A DNA stretch of 64,000 nucleotides, from the IMG/VR virus record IMGVR_UViG_3300020200_000004. One strand, written 5' to 3'. Position numbers and translations under genes: made by a program. The notes under the pieces are model-generated. The model had not been told where the DNA came from. It saw nothing but the letters and a program-made list of their open reading frames with translations, and made no database searches. Positions 8,838 through 17,178 of this stretch are shown in pieces (position 1 is the stretch's first letter; every line of letters begins with the position of its first letter). The stretch comes from a virus. Its lineage: Duplodnaviria; Heunggongvirae; Uroviricota; Caudoviricetes.

Positions 8838-9173
8838 ATGGCAGCACCTAAGGGTAATGTTTATGCACAAAAGGAACAATATGCGTATCCATCTTATCAT
8901 GGTTCGCATAAGAGCATGGTCATGGAAGAGGAAACAAAGCAGTTGAAGGATAAAACTTTAACTGTATTGAAGGATGAATTTGGTCTTTATGTCACAAAGG
9001 CCAAATATCTTGACAATGGTTTGGCTGATCCTTATCGTAATGCTTGGCGTGGATATAGAAAGGAGCTTTACAGCAAGCTTATTGCACCTGTCAAGCCTGA
9101 TGAAAAAGAAAAGTCTTTGGTAGAGATTGAAGAAGAGTTGCAAGCTAACCTGGAACAAATCCTTAAAGATTAG
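8838..9173 (+). CDS. Hypothetical protein (111 aa)
   Basis: ORF with GGGTTTG-type RBS context; no motif recognised. Confidence 0.4.
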   Translation: MAAPKGNVYAQKEQYAYPSYHGSHKSMVMEEETKQLKDKTLTVLKDEFGLYVTKAKYLDNGLADPYRNAWRGYRKELYSKLIAPVKPDEKEKSLVEIEEELQANLEQILKD

Positions 9174-9181
9174 AGGCTAAA

Positions 9182-9577
9182 ATGAATGATATTGTAAGCA
9201 AAATTGAGAAATCGCTTAAAGAATGTTGGGCGACACCTGGAAGCGTATCTTTTAACAGTCGGTGTAGAGATGATATTTTTAATATTAGCATTTCACCGGC
9301 AGTTAGGGAAACAGTAGGTGGGGCTGAGGATGGTTCTCAGTCATATCCTCCCTTTGCTATGGAATTGAATAAGTTTATTGTCCAGGTATTTGATAAATGT
9401 CCCAAAATTACTTTAACTGGTCAAAATGGGGATGACGTTCCTTATCTTCATTTTAGGGGTAAAATTGGTGGGCAACTGTGTAATGTTATTGTGTTAACTA
9501 GGCCGCATAATACACAGCAAGTTGCAGAAATTTTCTATGCATATGGGCCTAAAGCTGGGACAGTTGAGAACAAGTGA
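9182..9577 (+). CDS. Hypothetical protein (131 aa)
   Basis: ORF; no motif recognised. Confidence 0.4.
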   Translation: MNDIVSKIEKSLKECWATPGSVSFNSRCRDDIFNISISPAVRETVGGAEDGSQSYPPFAMELNKFIVQVFDKCPKITLTGQNGDDVPYLHFRGKIGGQLCNVIVLTRPHNTQQVAEIFYAYGPKAGTVENK

Positions 9578-9586
9578 AGGAATATC

Positions 9587-9641
9587 CCCCAATCATATGT
9601 GAAAAAGGCAAAAATCTAACTGTTTTCACATATGATTGGGG
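9587..9641 (+). promoter_or_regulatory. Perfect 19-bp inverted repeat hairpin (17-nt loop) between genes; the 3' arm overlaps the SD of the RNA-ligase gene
   Basis: ccccaatcatatgtgaaaa ...17 nt... ttttcacatatgattgggg; SD ggggagaagg begins inside the 3' arm; ATG at 9651. Confidence 0.55.
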
Positions 9642-9650
9642 AGAAGGTTT

Positions 9651-10280
9651 ATGAAGGAATATCCAAAAATCTTGGGGGTGAGTGAAGCTAATGACAAGCC
9701 ATGTGTTGCTTTCTACAAATATGACGGGTCTAATCTAAGATTTGAATGGCGATTTAAGCGTGGGTGGTATAAATTTGGGACACGGCATAGATTATTTAAT
9801 GAAACAGACCCAGAATATGGTGAATCTGTATCTATATTTATGGCAAAATATGCTGATGGTATAGAAAAAATTTTAAAGGATAAATTCAAAAAAATAGAAT
9901 CTGCAATCGCATATTGTGAATTTTTCGGGCCGTATAGTTTTGCAGGAATCCATGAAGAAGCTTTTCTAGGCGTTAATTCTAACGCTCCTAAAGATTTAAT
10001 CCTTTTTGACGTAAATGTACATAAAAAAGGATTTATTCCACCGTGGCAGTTTCTTGATTTTTTTAATCATTTGCATATAGCCAAAGTTGTTTATGAAGGA
10101 CATTTTACCGAAGATTTTGTACAAGATATAAGAAATAGTGTCTATAATGTAGAGGAAGGTGTTATAGTAAAAGGAGGCCAATCTGTACATGAAATTTGGA
10201 TGAGAAAAATTAAAACTTACGCATATCTTAAAAAACTTAAAGAAAAATTTAAAATTAATTGGAAAAATTATTGGGAATAA
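9651..10280 (+). CDS. ATP-dependent RNA ligase (Rnl2-like nucleotidyltransferase domain)
   Basis: Motif I KYDGSNLR (KxDG lysine-adenylate), motif IV EEGVIVKGG, motif V IWMRKIK; about 210 aa. Confidence 0.6.
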   Translation: MKEYPKILGVSEANDKPCVAFYKYDGSNLRFEWRFKRGWYKFGTRHRLFNETDPEYGESVSIFMAKYADGIEKILKDKFKKIESAIAYCEFFGPYSFAGIHEEAFLGVNSNAPKDLILFDVNVHKKGFIPPWQFLDFFNHLHIAKVVYEGHFTEDFVQDIRNSVYNVEEGVIVKGGQSVHEIWMRKIKTYAYLKKLKEKFKINWKNYWE

Positions 10281-10345
10281 TGTATAATGTTAAATTGTGC
10301 CAAAATATAATATAGATGAATTGAGAAAATTGTATGAGAGCGTGC

Positions 10346-10392
10346 ACTATAATAATTTATTATGCCTGTCCAGAGGCTATAGTATCTGGAAG
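10346..10392 (+). repeat. 47-bp intergenic repeat element A, copy 1 (second copy at 17041-17087)
   Basis: actataataatttattatgcctgtccagaggctatagtatctggaag, identical at both loci. Confidence 0.6.
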
Positions 10393-10459
10393 GTGTAACG
10401 AATTACAAGAAAGATTTGGTTTAGAGTGGAAAAAATATGTGTGATTAATCTATTAAGAC

Positions 10460-11512
10460 ATGAGTTATGAATACGATTTAGAGATAATTATTCCGGTAGC
10501 TAATAAACAGCCATATCTTCAAAGAATTATTGATTTTAAAGAATTTAATTTGCTTAACATTAATAAGTATAAAATTATAATTAAACTTTTAGTCGGTCCA
10601 GAAGAGATGCCGGAAGATATTTTTGAAAAATGGCCCTGTGATGTAGAAAAAATTGCTTTTGCATCAAATATTCATGTATCTAAGATATACAATTATTACC
10701 TTTCATTAAAAGACGGAGATTTTAAAAAGACCAGATGGTTTGCTAAGTTTGATGATGATTCTATCAGTGATATAGATGGGATAATATCAAATCTAGATGC
10801 AGATTTTGATTGCGAAAGAGACTATTATTTAGCCACCAATATATTTTATGATGATCATGAAGTGGAAATTGAACTTTTGGAAGAATTGGGGTTTTCACGT
10901 TGGTTTAAACATCATAAAAAAGTTCATCATGAGTGTGAAGGATCAATTCTATCAAACACTGCATTAAGGCGTATATTAAATAATGAACAAGCTAGAAATT
11001 TTTTGGAAAGAAGAAAAGATATAGAAAAAGGGTTTTGCGATATCGCTTTGGGGTGTGCTGCTAGAATATGTAAAATACATCTAACAAAAGCAGAATTCAT
11101 GACGCATATGCATTTTTTACATAAATTCACTTTGTTTGGTGGCCATCTTGCTCATATTCATTTTTTGTCTCATGATCGTCGTGGAGAATTATATAATATT
11201 TTTAAGAAAGCCATTAATAATAAAATATGTCCTGATATAATTGCCGAGGAAATATGTGATAAAAGCTATTTGTTTTCTAGGGATGATGGGACAATAATTT
11301 CTACAGTAAAATTATCAAGAAATGGCAAGGTGACTGGTAAAAAATTAAATGATAATGAAACTTTTTGGGATGTGGAAGATAGTAAACTAAGATTTTTAAA
11401 TATAGAAGGGAAACCCAGCACTGTTTTTGATATGTATAATTTCAATAAAATGTCTGGACAATTCTTATTTGACAAAAAAATAACTCATATGTTGCAAAGA
11501 GTATATGAATAA
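10460..11512 (+). CDS. Putative glycosyltransferase (GT2-like)
   Basis: 350 aa; LEIIIPVANKQ N-terminus and FAKFDDDS (DxD-like) are weak GT-A fold hints. Confidence 0.3.
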   Translation: MSYEYDLEIIIPVANKQPYLQRIIDFKEFNLLNINKYKIIIKLLVGPEEMPEDIFEKWPCDVEKIAFASNIHVSKIYNYYLSLKDGDFKKTRWFAKFDDDSISDIDGIISNLDADFDCERDYYLATNIFYDDHEVEIELLEELGFSRWFKHHKKVHHECEGSILSNTALRRILNNEQARNFLERRKDIEKGFCDIALGCAARICKIHLTKAEFMTHMHFLHKFTLFGGHLAHIHFLSHDRRGELYNIFKKAINNKICPDIIAEEICDKSYLFSRDDGTIISTVKLSRNGKVTGKKLNDNETFWDVEDSKLRFLNIEGKPSTVFDMYNFNKMSGQFLFDKKITHMLQRVYE

Positions 11513-12278
11513 ACCATTGATGATGTTGTCCCTGCCGAATACTGGAACTGATTGGTTGGTTAAATGTTTATTAAAGACTAATAAGTATAATTATTCTAGG
11601 GAATTTTTCAACCCAATGGTGAACGAAAAGTATTGTGATATTTTATCGAAATGTTTTGGGTGTGAATATGCTTCTCTTGCGCATTTGATTGCTAAAGAGC
11701 CTATTTTGTCTTTGGCAACAAGTGTTTTAAATGATAGTTGGAATAAAGAAACATTTGATTTTACTAAAGAGACATTTTCTGCTTTTAAAATTGATTTCTT
11801 TTTTAAAAAATTTACTTGTTTTGTTTTATTCAGAAAAATAGAACAAAGTATGCCGTCGAATGTCTTTGAAAGGATATATCCATTAAGAAGCTGGTATGAT
11901 GCTATGTTTTTCTCTTTAATAGCCAATAAAGCATCTCTTGAGCCAGATATAAGAAAAATGGTTGAAGTTACTGAAAAATATGGTTTGATAGAGAGACAAA
12001 TAGCTGCTTTTGTGATATATTACAGCAAGTTACTTAAAGAAGCTAAAGATCGTCAACTTATTGTTTTGGAATATGATAAATTGCTTTCCTTTTCAGCGGT
12101 AAAATTAGTTGATTATTTGACGATTCCATTTATTTGCAATCCTACATTAACTGCATCTGAAGTTTTGGAAACTAGAAAACCACGAATGGATAATTTTTGC
12201 TCATTAGGGAAAAAAGCGGTTAAATTTAAAGAACTAATCACATCTTTTGCACCAGAAGAATACAAGGCTTTATGTTAA
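11505..12278 (+). CDS. Hypothetical protein, possibly sulfotransferase-like
   Basis: 257 aa; SLPNTGTDWL resembles the PAPS-binding PKSGTTW motif. Confidence 0.3.
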   Translation: MNKPLMMLSLPNTGTDWLVKCLLKTNKYNYSREFFNPMVNEKYCDILSKCFGCEYASLAHLIAKEPILSLATSVLNDSWNKETFDFTKETFSAFKIDFFFKKFTCFVLFRKIEQSMPSNVFERIYPLRSWYDAMFFSLIANKASLEPDIRKMVEVTEKYGLIERQIAAFVIYYSKLLKEAKDRQLIVLEYDKLLSFSAVKLVDYLTIPFICNPTLTASEVLETRKPRMDNFCSLGKKAVKFKELITSFAPEEYKALC

Positions 12279-12796
12279 AGGTTATGCCTAGATATCAAAC
12301 TGACAGACCTGATATAAGCGGGTGGTTCCTTGATTATGAAGGACGTTTTTATCATGATTTAGTCTCTAAAATTGAAAATGGTATTGTTGTCGAAATTGGT
12401 AATTGGCATGGGCTTTCATTATCATATGTTGTGGAAGTTTGTGCCCAGCAAAACAACAAAATTTATGCAGTAGACAAATTTCATTGCACTGAATTTCTTA
12501 AAAATTTTAAAAATTGGCCTCAAAATACAGTAGAATTAATTACAATGTCTTCGGCGGAAGCTTCACTTAAGTTTGATGACGCTTCTATAGACCTAGTTTT
12601 CATAGACGCAAATCACGAATATAATTCAGTGCATGCTGATATAAATGCTTGGATGCCTAAAATAAAAAAAGAAGGAATTATTTCAGGCCATGATTATTGT
12701 TTAGCTTGGCCTGGCGTTATAAAGGTTGTTGATTCTTTGCTTCCTAATAGAAAAATTCAAGATAGAATTTGGTATTGTAAGCTGGAGGGAATATGA
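12272..12796 (+). CDS. Class I SAM-dependent methyltransferase (Methyltransf_24 / macrocin-O-MT-like)
   Basis: VVEIGNWHG (motif I) and LVFIDANHEYNSV. Confidence 0.55.
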   Translation: MLKVMPRYQTDRPDISGWFLDYEGRFYHDLVSKIENGIVVEIGNWHGLSLSYVVEVCAQQNNKIYAVDKFHCTEFLKNFKNWPQNTVELITMSSAEASLKFDDASIDLVFIDANHEYNSVHADINAWMPKIKKEGIISGHDYCLAWPGVIKVVDSLLPNRKIQDRIWYCKLEGI

Positions 12797-12797
12797 A

Positions 12798-13994
12798 ATG
12801 GGCATGTATACAGAATTGGTTTTTGCTTCTGAACTTAAAAAAGACATCCCAGATGAAACTGTAAATCTTTTGGATTTAATGGTTCGTGGGGAAGGCAAAT
12901 TATTTGAAGAAACATTTTCAACTACGCTTCCAGATCATGAATTTGTTATCACTGGAAGCATCAAACAAAAGAGTGCTGAAGATGTTAAGGAATTGGTAGA
13001 TTTGACAGAAAAGTTCCTGCAAGAACAATCCATCTATAAAGGCAAAGCTGTTAAAGTTTCTTTTGAATGGCAAAGAATTAACAGACAGTTTGATCCTTCC
13101 CAAGACTGTCCGCAATTCATGAATTTGGAGAACGTTAAGGAAGATGACCTTATTTTTGGTGAAGATGTACAAAATGCCGTAAACATTGGTCTTTTTGCTC
13201 CACTTGAGAATGCTGATGCTTGCCGTCGTTATAAAGTACCGCTTAAGCGTGGTATTTTGCTGCATGGTCCATACGGCACAGGTAAAACTCTTTGTGCCAA
13301 TGTTACAGCTTTGAAAGCAAGAAAGCACGGTTTTACTTTCATTTATCTTGATAGTGTTGAAGACCTCAAGAAAGGTTTACAATTTGCGGCTCAACATGCT
13401 CCTGCTGTACTATTTGCAGAAGATATTGATCGTGTCACAAATGGGTCAAGAACTAAAGACCTTGACGCCATTCTTAACACTTTGGACGGCGTTGATACTA
13501 AGAATTGTGAAATCATTACAGTTTTTACCAGCAACCACATTGAAGATATTAATCCGGCTGCTTTGAGAATGGGCAGATTGGATACTTTAGTGGAAGTTAC
13601 TCCTCCTGATGCCGTTGCTGCTGTGCGTTTAGTTAAACTTTATGGGCGTGGCTTGCTTTCCCATAATATTAATTTTGATAAAGTGGGAGTAGCTTTGTCT
13701 GGTAATATTCCTGCATATATTAGGGAAACTGTAGAAAGGGCTAAGATTGCAGCTATTTCCAGGCTAAAAGGGCAAGACATTAATGGACATGTATTGGAGC
13801 AGGATTTGTTAAATGCTGCTTCTTCTATGAAGGTGCATGCTGAATTGCTTAAAGATAAGAAGAAGATTGTTAATCCCAACGCTGAGGTTTTGGTTAAGAT
13901 TCCTTCTCAGCACCAATTGGCTCAGACATTGCTTGGTGAACTTCACAAGAATGGGCAAGAGGTATTAGCAGCCTCCTCTGATGATTATGATTAG
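12798..13994 (+). CDS. AAA+ ATPase
   Basis: Walker A LLHGPYGTGKT, Walker B VLFAEDID, sensor region; start ATG 12798 with GGAGGGA RBS (the ORF track's upstream start at 12726 overlaps the previous gene). Confidence 0.7.
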   Translation: MGMYTELVFASELKKDIPDETVNLLDLMVRGEGKLFEETFSTTLPDHEFVITGSIKQKSAEDVKELVDLTEKFLQEQSIYKGKAVKVSFEWQRINRQFDPSQDCPQFMNLENVKEDDLIFGEDVQNAVNIGLFAPLENADACRRYKVPLKRGILLHGPYGTGKTLCANVTALKARKHGFTFIYLDSVEDLKKGLQFAAQHAPAVLFAEDIDRVTNGSRTKDLDAILNTLDGVDTKNCEIITVFTSNHIEDINPAALRMGRLDTLVEVTPPDAVAAVRLVKLYGRGLLSHNINFDKVGVALSGNIPAYIRETVERAKIAAISRLKGQDINGHVLEQDLLNAASSMKVHAELLKDKKKIVNPNAEVLVKIPSQHQLAQTLLGELHKNGQEVLAASSDDYD

Positions 13995-14059
13995 TGCCAA
14001 TTCCTTCATCAGAAGATGAATTGAAGCACATTAGTCTGTTCTGTCACCTTCCTTGGTGG

Positions 14060-14096
14060 GGCTGGATTATGGGAAACTGTAATCCAGCCTTTTTTC
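14060..14096 (+). terminator. Rho-independent terminator after the AAA+ gene
   Basis: ggctggatta-tgggaaactgt-aatccagcc followed by tttttt. Confidence 0.65.
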
Positions 14097-14131
14097 TTGA
14101 CAGCTAAAGGAAAAAGTGTTATAGAATTATT

Positions 14132-14416
14132 ATGTGGACTTCTGAAAAAAATGGTTGGGTAATTGCTTTTAAAGAACCATATCCAGAGACTTGTAATTAT
14201 GAAGAAATACAAGCAATTTTTAAGAAATTATTTTTAAAATTGCGACATATTTGCCCAAAAGGAGTAAAACTTAAGTCAGTGCAGTCATTAGTTGGCACTT
14301 TATTTGTCGCTGGTTCAAATGAAGCTTGCCTTGAACTACAAAAAAGGTTAAAATCCACTAATCTGGCTCATATGGAAGAAAACAGGAGTAAAGTGGAGAT
14401 TAGTTATGGAAAATGA
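14132..14416 (+). CDS. Hypothetical protein (94 aa)
   Basis: ORF after terminator. Confidence 0.35.
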   Translation: MWTSEKNGWVIAFKEPYPETCNYEEIQAIFKKLFLKLRHICPKGVKLKSVQSLVGTLFVAGSNEACLELQKRLKSTNLAHMEENRSKVEISYGK

Positions 14417-14544
14417 AAAATGCAAATTCATTGTGCCAACTTTCTGTGAATGGCAAATGTGTACTGATCCTTCTGCTTGTCCTTTCATAGATAAGCATGG
14501 GAATTGTAATAGACCCAAAGACGTAAAACAATGTCCAATAGAGG

Positions 14545-14802
14545 ATGAAAATGCCGTACATCAAGCAAAAAGATCGACCGAAGTTTGATAGTGCATTAAA
14601 AGATTTCCCCGTTCCTGATACAGAAGGCGAACTTAATTATATTTTAACTAAGTTATGCCATCAGTATATCCAAAAAAAGGGAAAAACATATTCTACTTAT
14701 AATCAAGTCGTTGGCGTATTAGACTGCGCCAAATTAGAGATTTATAGACGACACGTTGGAATTTATGAAGATCAGAAAATTATTGAAAATGGTGACGTGT
14801 GA
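14545..14802 (+). CDS. Hypothetical protein (85 aa)
   Basis: ORF. Confidence 0.3.
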   Translation: MKMPYIKQKDRPKFDSALKDFPVPDTEGELNYILTKLCHQYIQKKGKTYSTYNQVVGVLDCAKLEIYRRHVGIYEDQKIIENGDV

Positions 14803-15065
14803 ATGTAATTTATTCAAACGAACCTTTTAAAAATCACTCTCCTTCTATCTTCCTTGCGGGGCCAACAGTTAGGCGGCAGGATTTAAAATCGTGGCGTCCT
14901 AAAGCTATTGAGTTCCTTATTAAAGAATTAGAATTCAAGGGCGCTATTTATGTCCCTGAGTGGAATAAAAACTTACAGCCAGTTGATTATTTAACACAAG
15001 TTGAATGGGAACATTTAGGACTTGAAAACGCTACTTATATTAGTCGTACATTTTCAGGAGTGTAG
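14799..15065 (+). CDS. Nucleoside 2-deoxyribosyltransferase-like, apparently truncated (88 aa)
   Basis: SIFLAGPTVRR resembles the NDT-family YLAGP motif; the ORF ends where a minus-strand ORF begins. Confidence 0.3.
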   Translation: MNVIYSNEPFKNHSPSIFLAGPTVRRQDLKSWRPKAIEFLIKELEFKGAIYVPEWNKNLQPVDYLTQVEWEHLGLENATYISRTFSGV

Positions 15066-15340
15066 CTTAACCTTGAATTGATTCTATCTATTGAGGGACT
15101 GTAAGGATTTGCTTTGCCATTGTTTGTTTCTGTTGGAATGATTAAAGGCAGGCCAGTTATAGCACAAAGCCCATTTTGTTTATCCCATAAATTGCAAAGA
15201 AAATTAGTTGAAATGTTAAATTCTATATTTTTTCTTTTTGCTCTCCTTTTTGCGATTCGATTTAGTTCCACTAAACGACCTTTTATGCTTAAATAATAGT
15301 TGTGCCTGTATTCTTGAGAATAGCTTTTATTGGCTTTCAT
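15035..15340 (-). CDS. Hypothetical minus-strand protein with degenerate HNH/EndoVII-like motif (possible endonuclease remnant)
   Basis: 101 aa; NGLCAITGLP...SIDRI is loosely like the CxxC...DHDH nuclease pattern; one of few minus-strand ORFs. Confidence 0.3.
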   Translation of the reverse strand: MKANKSYSQEYRHNYYLSIKGRLVELNRIAKRRAKRKNIEFNISTNFLCNLWDKQNGLCAITGLPLIIPTETNNGKANPYSPSIDRINSRLSYTPENVRLI

Positions 15341-15501
15341 CCAATTTTGGTTAAGTATTTTAAGATGTTCTTTATGTTTTTGTCTATATTCTTTTAAATA
15401 TTTGCTCCTACAATCAATACACCAAGATTTATTTGTTGTGTTTTTGTGGCATCTAGAACATAATTTTATAACCTATAAAGAGTAACTTGATAGGATTTTT
15501 T

Positions 15502-16104
15502 ATGGCTAGATTCGTTGTGGCTGATTGGCATTTAGGGGAAAATAGATTTGAATTAATGAATCGACCATTTAGTTCTCAACAACAAATGGTTGATTATTTG
15601 ATTAAAAAACATAATCAAATAGTAGCCAAAGACGATGAAGTATTTATGCTGGGGGATGTTTGCTATAAAGAAACCCCAGAATATTTAAAATATGTTGCTG
15701 ACTTCAATGGAAAGAAAATTTTAGTCCGTGGTAATCATGACCGTGGTATTACAGATGAGGAATTCAAAAACTACTTTGAAGATATTATCCCTGAAGGAAA
15801 AGGGATAGAAATCAAGATCGAAGACATACCCTGTTATTTCACTCATTATCCTACACAGGGCAGGCAAGGATGTTTTAATGTAGTTGGCCACATTCATGCT
15901 GCTTGGAAATATCAATTGAATATGTTGAACTGCGGTGTGGATGTGCATCATTTCTCGCCAGTTAATCTATCCACTATTCCAATTCACTTCAAAGCAATCC
16001 ATGAGTATTATGATGAAGATATATGGGCAGCTTATTCCCCTCTCAATTCCTGCTATGTTGGCATAAGGGGGAAGAAGGGTACTTACTTTAAGAACCCAAG
16101 TTGA
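15502..16104 (+). CDS. Calcineurin-like metallophosphoesterase
   Basis: VVADWHLG, GDVCYKE, GNHDRG metallophosphatase motifs. Confidence 0.65.
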   Translation: MARFVVADWHLGENRFELMNRPFSSQQQMVDYLIKKHNQIVAKDDEVFMLGDVCYKETPEYLKYVADFNGKKILVRGNHDRGITDEEFKNYFEDIIPEGKGIEIKIEDIPCYFTHYPTQGRQGCFNVVGHIHAAWKYQLNMLNCGVDVHHFSPVNLSTIPIHFKAIHEYYDEDIWAAYSPLNSCYVGIRGKKGTYFKNPS

Positions 16105-16169
16105 TTTTTTGAAATTTTGAAATATAATACAGGAAGCACTCTTTCTAACAACTCAATGGAGTATCCTGT

Positions 16170-16589
16170 ATGCAAATGAAAGTCAAAAAGAAATTCGTCT
16201 TGACTGCGCATGTAAGGGAACGATATCTTGAAAGAATCAAAGAAATTCGCAAATATAAACCCCTCAGTGAATGCTTTGAAGAAGATTGCTATGAATGCAA
16301 AAAGCTAAAAAGAACGTTAGAATTAGAAGTTTATAACAATAAAAGGCAGCTTGACGAAGAGATTAAGGAAAGACTGAATCGAGCAACTTCTGAAAAGAGT
16401 TATTTGAACAATTCCTCTTTTATGTACAGTATTTATAAAAAGTATGGATACGATAGAAGGTTTGAATTGCTTTTAGACAAAGATGTGGTGTTTATAGTAA
16501 TTTTAGATGAAGCTAACGTAGTAGTTACTTGTATGAATTCTAGCACTACTATATTAGCTAATTATGCTTGTAAAAATAGGGTGATTTAA
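16170..16589 (+). CDS. Hypothetical protein (139 aa)
   Basis: ORF. Confidence 0.35.
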   Translation: MQMKVKKKFVLTAHVRERYLERIKEIRKYKPLSECFEEDCYECKKLKRTLELEVYNNKRQLDEEIKERLNRATSEKSYLNNSSFMYSIYKKYGYDRRFELLLDKDVVFIVILDEANVVVTCMNSSTTILANYACKNRVI

Positions 16590-16834
16590 TGAAGTGCCAA
16601 TGTCGATCTAAAGACTTTTTCCATGAATTGCAATGTCAAGGTGTTCAAAAGCATTCTGGGAAACATTGGGCTTATTGTCCGGCTGGTAATTTAATTTTGT
16701 GGCTCAATAAAAGGGAAGTTAAAAAGATAACTCCAATTACAATTATGCTTGAAGACATACCACCTGGCAGTAAAAGTTATATTTCTCCAGATAAGATGTT
16801 TGAAAAGAGATGGACAGTAATAAGGAGAAAGTAA
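16589..16834 (+). CDS. Hypothetical protein (81 aa)
   Basis: ORF. Confidence 0.3.
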   Translation: MKCQCRSKDFFHELQCQGVQKHSGKHWAYCPAGNLILWLNKREVKKITPITIMLEDIPPGSKSYISPDKMFEKRWTVIRRK

Positions 16835-17047
16835 ATGGGCGTAAGCTATAGTTCCAACCTTTGTGTTGGTGTTAAGATGAGTAAGGTATTTGAGATAAAG
16901 AATAAAACTGTACTTAAAACTAAATACAATCCTGACACTGGTGTTCCATATGAAAGCAAACTTATAGAAAAGGAGCTTTTGTTTTTTGGAAAAGTAATAG
17001 AAGAACCTGTTAAGTATTATCCTGGCGAATGGGCACTGCAACTATAA
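16835..17047 (+). CDS. Hypothetical protein (70 aa)
   Basis: ORF; its 3' end overlaps repeat element A copy 2. Confidence 0.3.
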   Translation: MGVSYSSNLCVGVKMSKVFEIKNKTVLKTKYNPDTGVPYESKLIEKELLFFGKVIEEPVKYYPGEWALQL

Positions 17048-17087
17048 TAATTTATTATGCCTGTCCAGAGGCTATAGTATCTGGAAG
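17041..17087 (+). repeat. 47-bp intergenic repeat element A, copy 2
   Basis: Identical to 10346-10392. Confidence 0.6.
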
Positions 17088-17142
17088 AAGTATGGAATGA
17101 ACCTAAATATAAGCAACAGAGATTAAATTAAGTGTAAACTTA

Positions 17143-17178
17143 GTGTCGTTTTATTCTTACGGGAATGGAAGGATGCAC
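17143..17178 (+). promoter_or_regulatory. Conserved 36-nt hairpin element, copy 2 (spans the start codon of the IDO-like gene)
   Basis: gtgtcgttttattcttacgggaatggaaggatgcac; 32 of 36 nt identical to 5327-5362. Confidence 0.5.
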
